44,019 nucleotides of DNA from Candidatus Omnitrophota bacterium (GCA_023248095.1 JAHFFF010000001.1:1-44019); one strand, 5' to 3'; positions 17,827 to 25,748 are shown, counted from the first letter of the stretch. The notes: generated from the letters alone by a model not told the origin. Numbers and translations: made by a program.

Positions 17827-18599
17827 CTCAACAGCTGTTGAAGCACTTCCCGCTGAAGGGAATCTCTCTCCAGGAGGGACTCCACTTGCTTCACCTCGTG
17901 GGGCAGATTGATCCCCGGATAGCCTCGAGTAAAGAGCACGCCTTGAAGGATGAAATCGTGCTCCAGGATACGGGACTGATCGACCGATTCACGAACCTCC
18001 ATCGGGGTTCGAGGCAACCTCGAGTATCGCTGGAGGAATTCTTTTTGGTAACCCAGGATTCCGAGCACCTTGCGGACCGGTTCCATGCTGTTGCGGATGC
18101 CATTGGAGAAACAGGAGATATTCCGGGAACAGAACAGGATGCGCCCGGAAACAGAAACAACGCATTTGACGACAGAGTCGTCGGCCAGTTCATCCGGGCC
18201 ATCGAGTGCGGCTACGGCGTTCCAGGCCGGCAGGGAGGGCCTTTCCTTGATGGCGCGCACCATCTTCTCCAAGTCGGCGGGTAGGGCCAGGATCTCATCT
18301 CCCTGAACGTTTACGATGTGAGTGCACTCTAGGGATTCGGCTGCTTCCGCGACGCGGTCGGTCGCAGCCGGGTGAGTCGGCGAAGTCATGATGACCTTAC
18401 CCCCCGCGTCACGGATGACTTGGGCAATCTCCGGATCGCACGTTGCCACCACGACGTCATGAAATCCTTCGCACAACAGGGCCCTGCGGCGGACGTGTTC
18501 CACCATGGGAAGCCCCCGGATCTTGAGCAGCGGTTTGCCCGGGAATCGGCTGGAGGCCATGCGCACGGGAATCACCGCAACGATTCGGACCGCGTCCAT
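17823..18599 (-). CDS. KdsB/NeuA-family cytidylyltransferase (CMP-ulosonic acid synthetase-like)
   Basis: VAVIPVRMASSRFPGKPL, ATDRV (GTDR-like) and VNVQGDEI (VNVQGDEP-like) are KdsB-family signatures. ATGA overlap at 17823-17826. Confidence 0.75.
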   Translation of the reverse strand: MDAVRIVAVIPVRMASSRFPGKPLLKIRGLPMVEHVRRRALLCEGFHDVVVATCDPEIAQVIRDAGGKVIMTSPTHPAATDRVAEAAESLECTHIVNVQGDEILALPADLEKMVRAIKERPSLPAWNAVAALDGPDELADDSVVKCVVSVSGRILFCSRNISCFSNGIRNSMEPVRKVLGILGYQKEFLQRYSRLPRTPMEVRESVDQSRILEHDFILQGVLFTRGYPGINLPHEVKQVESLLERDSLQREVLQQLLR

Positions 18600-18605
18600 G
18601 GGGCG

Positions 18606-19370
18606 TTACTGGGGCAATGTGCCGCAGTCCACGTTGATGCACTGCCCTGTTACCGCGGAAGAGGCGGGTGATGCCAGGAAGTACACCACCTCAGCGACCT
18701 CTTGGGCCGTTGGCAATCGACCCAGAGCGGTCTGAGCCGCCGCAAAGGTGGCCAAATACGTTTCCACCGTTTGTCCATGCGCCGGTGCGGCAGGCTCGGA
18801 GAGAGAGGCCAGGATCTGCTCCGTCTCCACGTAGACTGGGCAAACCGCGTTCACTCGAATTCCGCGAGGCCCCAATTCCTTGGCCAGCGCCTGTGTGATG
18901 CCGTTGACCGCGAACTTCGCGGCGCAGTAGGCGCTGTTATTCGCCGATCCCCGTTTCCCGGCCAGGGAGGAGATGTTGACGATGCTCCCGCCGGGTTTCA
19001 TCACGGCCGCCATAGCGGCGCATCCCCACAGGGTTCCCAACACAGGGGTCTCGATGACCTCTGATACGAACGACTCATCAATGGCATCAATCGGACGCCA
19101 CCGGGACACCCCCGCGCAGTTGACGAAGAGATCGGGGGTCCCGAACTGCTTCAGAACCTCCTCCACGAAATGTCGCACCTGGGTTCGGACCCGGACATCG
19201 ACGGTAAAGTGCACGATCCCCTCCGGCAACGAAGGGTCCCTGGGCGAACGGGAGCAGATCACTACCCGGTCGCCTCTCGCGTGGAAGAGCTCGGCGATGG
19301 AGCGACCGATCCCACGCGTCGCCCCGGTTAGGGCAACCACCCGCTGGGCCGGAGGGGATGGGAGGCTCAT
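18606..19370 (-). CDS. Short-chain dehydrogenase/reductase (FabG-like)
   Basis: VVALTGATRGIGRSIA, NCAG, catalytic YCAAKFAV. Confidence 0.8.
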   Translation of the reverse strand: MSLPSPPAQRVVALTGATRGIGRSIAELFHARGDRVVICSRSPRDPSLPEGIVHFTVDVRVRTQVRHFVEEVLKQFGTPDLFVNCAGVSRWRPIDAIDESFVSEVIETPVLGTLWGCAAMAAVMKPGGSIVNISSLAGKRGSANNSAYCAAKFAVNGITQALAKELGPRGIRVNAVCPVYVETEQILASLSEPAAPAHGQTVETYLATFAAAQTALGRLPTAQEVAEVVYFLASPASSAVTGQCINVDCGTLPQ

Positions 19371-20998
19371 CGAACCTTTCGAAAGGAGCCGTCAGGATCC
19401 TCCAATCGGTAATGCAACACCCCTACCCCCTCCGAGGTGAGGAGGAAATCAAGAGGGTGCTCGGTGAGGGTGAATGTCGCTTGGGGATCGGTCACCGGCG
19501 TCCCTTCGAACCGGTACGGTTTCGGATCGATCCCCAGATGTTTCAGAAGGGTTGGCAGGACATCGATCTGACGGAGAACAGGACGGAACACCCTGCCCTC
19601 TTTCTGTCCCGGCCGTTTGAGCGCGAAGAAAACGCTCACCAAATCCGGGGGGGCCGGGATCGCCTCTTCCCCCTTGACATTTCGCGCACCGGCGTCGTAT
19701 CCGGTGTCCGATGTCACCACGATGAGAGCGCGGTCGTAGATCCCTTCCTGCTTTAGGAATTCCAGGAAAGAACCCAGCTCTCGATCAAAGATGGCTAGGT
19801 TCTTCCGAGCGCCTTCTAGCTCCTTCGAATACTTCTCGGCGGAAAACTGCTTGAAACCGGAATACTTCACATCGGGACCATCGCTGATCCAGTTGTGCAT
19901 GATGTATAAATTGGGCGCCGTGCCTTCCTTTTTCAAGACCTCCTTGAGGGCCTCGAACTGCTTCCTACCGGAAACGTGTTGAAGCTGCTCTCCAGGTTTC
20001 AGGGACGCCGACTCCCGGGCCCACAGGTCGAACCACGGGTTGAAATGCCAGCCCAGCAGGGTGAGCCTGACTTCCAGCGGGTCGGGGATGATCGGCAAGA
20101 GATAGGTCTTGTACCAGCCGACAATGATGTCCAAGCCCCGGTGGGTCTTGCCAACGGCGCGTAGGCAGATGTTACGCCTCGGATTGCAATAGTCGGTCAG
20201 GATGTCCAGGACTAGGAAGACCCGACGCTTGGCCCCCACGATGTCCCTGAGATTCGGGTATCGTGTCCAGTTCCGTTCACTGGAGAGGAGCCGTCCGGAG
20301 TACAGCGTTTTGAGCGAGTAGACCGTCGCCGTGCAGTTCGCGTAGGTCCGGGGATAATAATCGGCTCCCGACACAAAGCGGGTCAGGTTCGGGAATCGAT
20401 CCAGGATTTTCCCCTGCCCATCCGTCAGGTAGGAGTTGCACAACTTCTCAAAGGTGAAGAAGAAGACGGGGGCTGTCCCCTCAGAGCTGGTCGGAAGGAA
20501 GGTCGGTTGATAGGAACCCCCTTGCCCGGAGGGGGCCGCCTGGAAGGCGAAGGTGAGAAAGACCGCCAGGCTGAGGACGGCACAGCTCTTCAGGATGCGA
20601 TCGATGCCCTTCCGGAAGCGATACAGGGAGACCGCCAGCAGCAGGAAGATGCCCAGGAGGGCGAACTTCCGCCACTCGGCTTTCAGAAAATAGAACTGCA
20701 GGATATGAAAGTTGAGCTGCATGGAAAAGAGGAAGCTGACAACCACAGAAAAAAAGAGGGAACTCAGCCGTTCGGAGATGGCAGCGAACGCCCAAAAGAA
20801 AAGGCCCACCAACAGGGGGATCCCCACAAAGGTCAGGACACAGAAGAGGCAGAACGTCGGCCAATCCCAGCTTCCCAGGCTCAAGGACTGCGGATCCTCG
20901 AGAATCATCGTTGCCAATGGAATTTGGAACAGCAAAGTGACGGCTCCCCACGCCGAAAAGAAGAGACCCCACTCAGTAGATTTTTTGAAGGATATCAC
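19367..20998 (-). CDS. Membrane-anchored alkaline-phosphatase/sulfatase-fold transferase (LtaS/EptA/OpgB-like architecture)
   Basis: About 5 N-terminal TM helices, then a soluble domain with VFFFTFEKL..., ANCTATVYSLKTLYSGR at the position of the sulfatase signature, and ALIVVTSDTGY (SDHG-like). GTG start at 20998; ATGA overlap at its 3' end (19367-19370). Confidence 0.65.
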   Translation of the reverse strand: MISFKKSTEWGLFFSAWGAVTLLFQIPLATMILEDPQSLSLGSWDWPTFCLFCVLTFVGIPLLVGLFFWAFAAISERLSSLFFSVVVSFLFSMQLNFHILQFYFLKAEWRKFALLGIFLLLAVSLYRFRKGIDRILKSCAVLSLAVFLTFAFQAAPSGQGGSYQPTFLPTSSEGTAPVFFFTFEKLCNSYLTDGQGKILDRFPNLTRFVSGADYYPRTYANCTATVYSLKTLYSGRLLSSERNWTRYPNLRDIVGAKRRVFLVLDILTDYCNPRRNICLRAVGKTHRGLDIIVGWYKTYLLPIIPDPLEVRLTLLGWHFNPWFDLWARESASLKPGEQLQHVSGRKQFEALKEVLKKEGTAPNLYIMHNWISDGPDVKYSGFKQFSAEKYSKELEGARKNLAIFDRELGSFLEFLKQEGIYDRALIVVTSDTGYDAGARNVKGEEAIPAPPDLVSVFFALKRPGQKEGRVFRPVLRQIDVLPTLLKHLGIDPKPYRFEGTPVTDPQATFTLTEHPLDFLLTSEGVGVLHYRLEDPDGSFRKVR

Positions 20999-22100
20999 GT
21001 AACACCTCCTGTGTGACTTCCCGAGGGTTGTTCACTACCCGGTCCGACCGGAACCCGTTTTCGATGACGTTATTGATCCCCTGCTGGTCAAGGCCAAGTT
21101 TCCGAAGGGACCGTTCCAAACCGGCTTCATCCATCAACCCCTCTACCCGGCGAGCGGCCTCCTCCCAGGAGGAGATACCGAGGGTCTTCAGGAGGTGGGC
21201 CCCTCGCTCGGGTTCTAAGACAGGGCCGTTGTACCGTATAAAGGAAGGCAGCGTGAGGGCGCAGGCATGCCCATGGGGGATCTCGTAGAAGGTGGTGAGC
21301 GGATAGGAAACCGCATGGACTGCCGTGGTGCGGGTCTGCGTGATCGCCAGCCCCGCTTCAGTACTGGCCAGGGACATCGCAAACCGGGCCTCCCGTTGCG
21401 AGGGTTCTCTCAGAACCGTGGGAAGATTTTCAAGAATGAGTGCGATGGCGCGTAGGGAGTGGGTTTCAGAAAACGGTGTATGGTGAACAGACCAAAAGGA
21501 TTCAATGGCCTGGGAAAGGGCATCCAATCCACTGCAAGCGGTCACGTATTTTGGCATGGAGTAGGTCAGCAAGGGATCGATTAAGGCGATCTCTGGAAAA
21601 AGCCAGGGATGGGTCAGGCTAATCTTCTGGTGGGACCGAGTCTGAAGCGAGGCGTAGGGGGTGACTTCACTTCCAGTTCCCGCCGTTGTGGGAACGGCGA
21701 TCAAGGGCAAACCTCGGTGTTGGAACTCCCTGCGTTTCTCCACGTAATCTTCCAAGGCGACGTCCTCTTGCGTCAGCAGGATCCGAATGGCCTTTGCACA
21801 GTCCAGTACGCTTCCGCCTCCAATGCCCACCACCAAGTCGAATTTCCTTCCCCGCAGAGTCCGCCACATCTCTTGAATGAAGGTCACACTGGGGTTGTGC
21901 TCCACAGGATCCGATTCCTCCAGGCAGAACCCGCCCAGCCCTTCTTTGAGACGCCGATGTCCCACGGAACTCCGGAAGGAGGACTTGCCTAGAAGGAGGA
22001 GGACCTTCTTGGGCCGGAAAGAGGCGACCATCTCGGGCAGCCGATCTAGCGCGCCGTCGGCGATGATTCGCTGGGTAGGATTCCAGTACCCCCAATTCAT
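20973..22100 (-). CDS. Group III iron-containing alcohol dehydrogenase; by context a phosphonoacetaldehyde reductase candidate (PhpC/FomC/Pdh-like)
   Basis: VVGIGGGSVLDCAKAI and PTTAGTGSEVT are Fe-ADH family motifs. ATG 22100 lies 5 nt after the PepM stop. Confidence 0.75.
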   Translation of the reverse strand: MNWGYWNPTQRIIADGALDRLPEMVASFRPKKVLLLLGKSSFRSSVGHRRLKEGLGGFCLEESDPVEHNPSVTFIQEMWRTLRGRKFDLVVGIGGGSVLDCAKAIRILLTQEDVALEDYVEKRREFQHRGLPLIAVPTTAGTGSEVTPYASLQTRSHQKISLTHPWLFPEIALIDPLLTYSMPKYVTACSGLDALSQAIESFWSVHHTPFSETHSLRAIALILENLPTVLREPSQREARFAMSLASTEAGLAITQTRTTAVHAVSYPLTTFYEIPHGHACALTLPSFIRYNGPVLEPERGAHLLKTLGISSWEEAARRVEGLMDEAGLERSLRKLGLDQQGINNVIENGFRSDRVVNNPREVTQEVLRDILQKIY

Positions 22101-22105
22101 CTGAT

Positions 22106-23818
22106 CTAGGCCGCTGAAGGAGCTTGGACTCCAGCTAGGGTCGAGGCCGACCTTCGGAAATGGGCCTCGGCGCGTTCGACATCGGAACGGGAATGAACCT
22201 CAGACCAACCGTGCTCAATCTCCATACCGAACACTTGAAAATTACGATCCAACAGGTACCGGAGCAAATCGGTGAAGTCAGCTTCCGCTACACTCGAGGC
22301 CTCATAGAAGGGTTTGCCTTGATACTCACCCTGAGCTTGCTCCCAGGCACGCTTTAAGACATCCAACCCCTTTTCTCTGAGGAAGGCCATCCCGATAAAT
22401 TCATGGGTCGGTTGGGCTCCCAACAGGCGTTTTCCAATGTGCCGAATGGGTTTGTAGAGGTCGAGTTCCAAACGCCGCGGGGAACCTGGCGGTAACGCCG
22501 GATCATCGACGGCGACCAAATCAAGCGCCTTCTTACGCGTGGGGAGGGTCTGGTAAGCCCGGTCGATCACCAGCGTGATGGGGTGCGGGCTTCCCAGGAG
22601 CCGGGCCAGGATTTGCCGGTCGAAGAGTATGTCGGAGTAGAGGATAACGGTCTTCCCTTTGAGTTGCTCGCCGGCAAACAGGATGGAATGGGCGCAGTGC
22701 GTCTTGCGGTAATCTGGGTTGTACAAGACACGGGCCCCCTCCGCTCGGAGCTTCTCATGCAGATGCCCTCCCACCACAACAACATCGGTGATCCCCACCG
22801 AGTGAAGGGCGGTCAATTGCCGTTCCAGGAGAGTTTGCCCGCCCACCTCCAGCATGCACAAGGGTTTGTCCTTTAACAGTTCCTTCAAATCCGGTTGGAA
22901 CTGATGATCCCGTGCGGCAGGGATCACCGCTTGCACGTTGGCCCCATCGGAGAATCTCCTCTCATCCTCCCGCATAGCACTCATCCCTTGCAACTCGAAC
23001 ACCTCCCGGAGAGAGGCGACCTTCTCCTCAATATCCGCCGTCGTTCCCATCCTTTGAATGGTTTCCAGCGTCGTCTCGATGGCGCGAATGGAGGCCCGGA
23101 GCCCATGGTTGGCGTAGATCACCATCTTAAAGCCCCCTCTCTCCAGCTCGGCTGCCGTGACCCGATAGTAGGTCGTGGGGATGGCGACCAAGGGAATGTT
23201 CCGATCCCACCGCCTTGCAAAGGAAAATACCTCTTCGGGCTCGGACGCCTTCGAGTGAATGACAATCCCATCCGCTCCTGCCTCCGCATAGGCGGCGGCG
23301 CGCCTCAACGCCTCCTCCATTCCCCATCCCGCGATCAGGGCCTCCACTCGGGCGAATACCATCAGATGAGGATTGCGCTGAGCCTCCTTGGCGGCCCGGA
23401 TCCTCCCTACGAATTCCTCCACCGAGGCCAACGCCTGCCGTCCCGGGATGAAGCTGTTCACCTTCGGGAACTGTTTGTCTTCAATCACAATGGCCGCCAG
23501 CCCCGCGGCCTCGTATTTCTTGACCATGTGCTTGACGTTGGAAGCGTTCCCGTATCCCGTATCACAGTCGCAGATGACTGGCAATGCAGTCGCCTCGTTG
23601 ATGGCCCGCGCCGCTTCCAGGTTCTCCGTCATGGTCAGGATGTTGGCATCGGGTAGGCCGTAGGCGGTGGAGATCTCCAGGCCACTGGCCCAAACCCCAT
23701 CGAAGCCGGAACGCTCAATGAGCTTTGCCCCCAGCCCATTGTGGGCCCCCACCACCTTCAGGATCCCCTTGGACCGGAAGGCCTCCCGCATCCGTGCGGC
23801 CTTGTCGCTCAAGGGCAA
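22106..23818 (-). CDS. pepM: Phosphoenolpyruvate mutase (N-terminal ~290 aa) fused to a divergent LicC/PntC-like nucleotidyltransferase domain (C-terminal ~275 aa)
   Basis: GAHNGLGAKL, CDCDTGYG and the PepM-diagnostic EDKQFPKVNS (nt 23453-23482) are present. The C-terminal domain is paralogous to the NTase domain of 24497..25708 (EFIGM, GKPF, GW.E blocks). Start is TTG 23818 with GGAGGAGG just upstream; an alternative ATG lies at 23791. Confidence 0.9.
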   Translation of the reverse strand: MPLSDKAARMREAFRSKGILKVVGAHNGLGAKLIERSGFDGVWASGLEISTAYGLPDANILTMTENLEAARAINEATALPVICDCDTGYGNASNVKHMVKKYEAAGLAAIVIEDKQFPKVNSFIPGRQALASVEEFVGRIRAAKEAQRNPHLMVFARVEALIAGWGMEEALRRAAAYAEAGADGIVIHSKASEPEEVFSFARRWDRNIPLVAIPTTYYRVTAAELERGGFKMVIYANHGLRASIRAIETTLETIQRMGTTADIEEKVASLREVFELQGMSAMREDERRFSDGANVQAVIPAARDHQFQPDLKELLKDKPLCMLEVGGQTLLERQLTALHSVGITDVVVVGGHLHEKLRAEGARVLYNPDYRKTHCAHSILFAGEQLKGKTVILYSDILFDRQILARLLGSPHPITLVIDRAYQTLPTRKKALDLVAVDDPALPPGSPRRLELDLYKPIRHIGKRLLGAQPTHEFIGMAFLREKGLDVLKRAWEQAQGEYQGKPFYEASSVAEADFTDLLRYLLDRNFQVFGMEIEHGWSEVHSRSDVERAEAHFRRSASTLAGVQAPSAA

Positions 23819-24537
23819 GCCTCCTCCGATGATTTTGGATAGTAATCCTGCTCGTCCGAGACAATGCGGCTAAGGTTTCTCCCGCCCAGTAGGGCCAACT
23901 CCTGACGCGCATCACCCGTCAGGTGCTGCGCGAACGTAATGGCCAGGATCCTGCCTGGGTTCTTTGCATCCGGGGAATAAAATCCGTGTGGGACAAAACC
24001 TGGGATAAGCCAGGAGTCTCCCTTCTCAAAGACCTCCTCCCAAACCTTCCCCTCCCACTCCCAAAGGTAGGCTACAGGGCCCCCATCCAGGACCTGGGTG
24101 TACTGATGGAAGAAATGGCCCCGATTGAGCACCACCTCTTCTCTTCGATGAAGATGAAGGAGCAATTCCACCGGCTTGATGTTGGGTAAAACCGGTGTCA
24201 TCACCCTTTCCCAGTAGGTGTACTGCAGCCGACCTGCCCTTTCCTGGTCAAACCGCCGGGCGGAGCGGCCGCGGAGGAATTTCATCCCCCGATCCAAGTC
24301 ATTCTCCAGAGGCAGCAGGTCCCGGACGCTCACGGAAAATTGCCTGGCCAGCAGCTCCAATTCCCCCCAGGTCGGTTGACCCTCTCCCCGTTCCAAGAAA
24401 CTCAGGCGTTCACTGGAGATCCCCGTATCGCGGGAGACGGTTTCTAAGGAATGTTTGACCTCGTTGCGCCAGGCATGGATGAGGCTACCGTAGTTTTTAA
24501 ACGCGGCGGTTGGAACGGACGTTTGAAGTTGCGACAT
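23809..24537 (-). CDS. HTH(XRE-like)+cupin protein, HppE/HEPD/MPnS-superfamily-like non-haem iron enzyme candidate
   Basis: 242 aa. N-terminal XRE-type HTH (HSLETVSRDTGISSERLSFLERGE). Cupin motif 1 NRGHFFHQ (N138, H141, Q145) and cupin motif 2 GDSWLIPGFVPHGF (H184). ATG 24537 is preceded by AAGGGAG 8 nt upstream. Confidence 0.65.
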   Translation of the reverse strand: MSQLQTSVPTAAFKNYGSLIHAWRNEVKHSLETVSRDTGISSERLSFLERGEGQPTWGELELLARQFSVSVRDLLPLENDLDRGMKFLRGRSARRFDQERAGRLQYTYWERVMTPVLPNIKPVELLLHLHRREEVVLNRGHFFHQYTQVLDGGPVAYLWEWEGKVWEEVFEKGDSWLIPGFVPHGFYSPDAKNPGRILAITFAQHLTGDARQELALLGGRNLSRIVSDEQDYYPKSSEEACP

Positions 24538-25708
24538 GCAGAGGACTCCCTTTTTGTTGGAACACCGTGACAGCCTTCTTGAAGTCTTCGATGGTGTCGA
24601 TCTCTTTCCAGCCGGACCCGATGATCTCGCAATGGATGGGGACTCCCAGATCCGCCATTTCCTGGAAGAGATCGGTGAGATACGCCTTTTGAAACTGGTC
24701 GGCCCTCTGGAAGGGCCCGCCGTCGTAAAGAGCCTTGGCCCGATGGTAATGTCGCCGCAGGATCTCGCAACCCCTACGGGTCAGCTTGCACATCCCAATG
24801 AATTCCCCGTGCACCTCTTCCTTCTCGGCGGCAATCTTTCCGATCTTGATCACCTCGTTGTTGCTGTTAAAGATGACGTTCTCCGCCTCTTCAATCGGGT
24901 GGTCCTTCCGGCCAAGATAATAGTCCTTCCAGTCGATATCCACCCCGATCGCGATGTCCTTCTCGCATCGAAGAAGCCTCTTGACCACCGCCTCTTCATA
25001 CCAGATGTCCGTATAGGAGATGATAACCTCCCCATCCAGCTCTTCCTCTGCGCAGAAGAGGGAGGCCAGCATGTTGGTGGTCTGGGGGGTTGGGTTCTCA
25101 TAGTATCTTACCCCGGGGTTGTTGATCTTCTCCGCCTTATATCCCCGAACTACGGAGATCTCGCCGATTCTGCAGGAGCGAAGGGTTTCGAGCTGGGTCT
25201 GTAAGAGGGTCTTCCCGTTGAGAACGATGGCCATGCACTTCGGAAAATCCTCTGTCAGGGGCCTTAAGCGTGAACCTAGCCCAGCTGCCAGCAGAACAGC
25301 CTTCACCTCAACGGAGCCAATCCTCTTGGTCAAGTCTCGAATGCGCTGGGCTGAGGCCTGGTGCTGTTGGAGGGCCCTGAGAAGATTCACCGATTCGGGA
25401 TGGGCCTTCACGATGCCGGGCACATCCGGCGGGATTCGGTCAGGTTCTAGGCCGGCAAGATCAAACAGGTCCTCCTCCGCCGCGCCCAAGGCAGCGGCCA
25501 GCTTCTGAATGACTCCCTTCGAGGGTGGTTTGCGGTGCAGGCTTTCAATATCGCTCAAATAGGAGCTTGTAACGCCCACCCGTTGGGCTAGCCCTCTTAA
25601 GGAAAGGCCCGTCTTCTGGCGGAGGGTTTTGATCTCCACCCCAAAGGGCTTCCTAGAGGAGTTTCGAGTCTTTGATCCGTTGGTGTTTCGGGGGGTATCC
25701 CTGCGCAA
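24497..25708 (-). CDS. XRE-type HTH domain fused to a LicC/PntC-like nucleotidyltransferase (canonical G-loop)
   Basis: HTH: IKTLRQKTGLSLRGLAQRVGVTSSYLSDIE. NTase: KAVLLAAGLGSRLRPLTEDFPKCM (nt 25259-25294). The track start at 25708 is TTG. GTG 25639 (VEIKTLRQ...), with AGGAAG upstream, is an equally plausible start. Confidence 0.75.
   Translation of the reverse strand: MRRDTPRNTNGSKTRNSSRKPFGVEIKTLRQKTGLSLRGLAQRVGVTSSYLSDIESLHRKPPSKGVIQKLAAALGAAEEDLFDLAGLEPDRIPPDVPGIVKAHPESVNLLRALQQHQASAQRIRDLTKRIGSVEVKAVLLAAGLGSRLRPLTEDFPKCMAIVLNGKTLLQTQLETLRSCRIGEISVVRGYKAEKINNPGVRYYENPTPQTTNMLASLFCAEEELDGEVIISYTDIWYEEAVVKRLLRCEKDIAIGVDIDWKDYYLGRKDHPIEEAENVIFNSNNEVIKIGKIAAEKEEVHGEFIGMCKLTRRGCEILRRHYHRAKALYDGGPFQRADQFQKAYLTDLFQEMADLGVPIHCEIIGSGWKEIDTIEDFKKAVTVFQQKGSPLHVATSNVRSNRRV
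24546..24550 (-). promoter_or_regulatory. Shine-Dalgarno GGGAG for the HTH-cupin gene, embedded in the 3' end of the upstream NTase gene
   Basis: Plus-strand CTCCC at 24546-24550, 8 nt upstream of ATG 24537. Confidence 0.5.
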
Positions 25709-25715
25709 TGTTCAC

Positions 25716-25729
25716 CTATCAGCTATCAG
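25716..25729. repeat. Tandem direct 7-mer CTATCAG CTATCAG (plus strand) inside the largest non-coding gap of the window
   Basis: Read directly at 25716-25722 and 25723-25729. It lies between the TagF-like stop (25749) and either candidate start of the HTH-NTase gene (25708 or 25639). Confidence 0.5.
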
Positions 25730-25748
25730 TTTACTAGGAGGCAGCTTA

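Noticed and set aside
20174-20188. CNPRR in the sulfatase-fold protein formally matches the C-x-P-x-R formylglycine motif
   Set aside because: It lies about 50 residues downstream of the position that aligns with the sulfatase signature (CTATVYSLKTLYSGR at residues 222-236). It is not followed by the x4-TG context, so it is most likely coincidental.
23809-25708. The two XRE-HTH genes considered as a toxin-antitoxin pair, prophage remnant or simple repressors
   Set aside because: Both are large fusion proteins with enzyme-like C-terminal domains (an intact NTase loop and a cupin metal triad). They are co-directional, overlapping and flanked by biosynthetic genes, and no phage or mobile-element genes are nearby.
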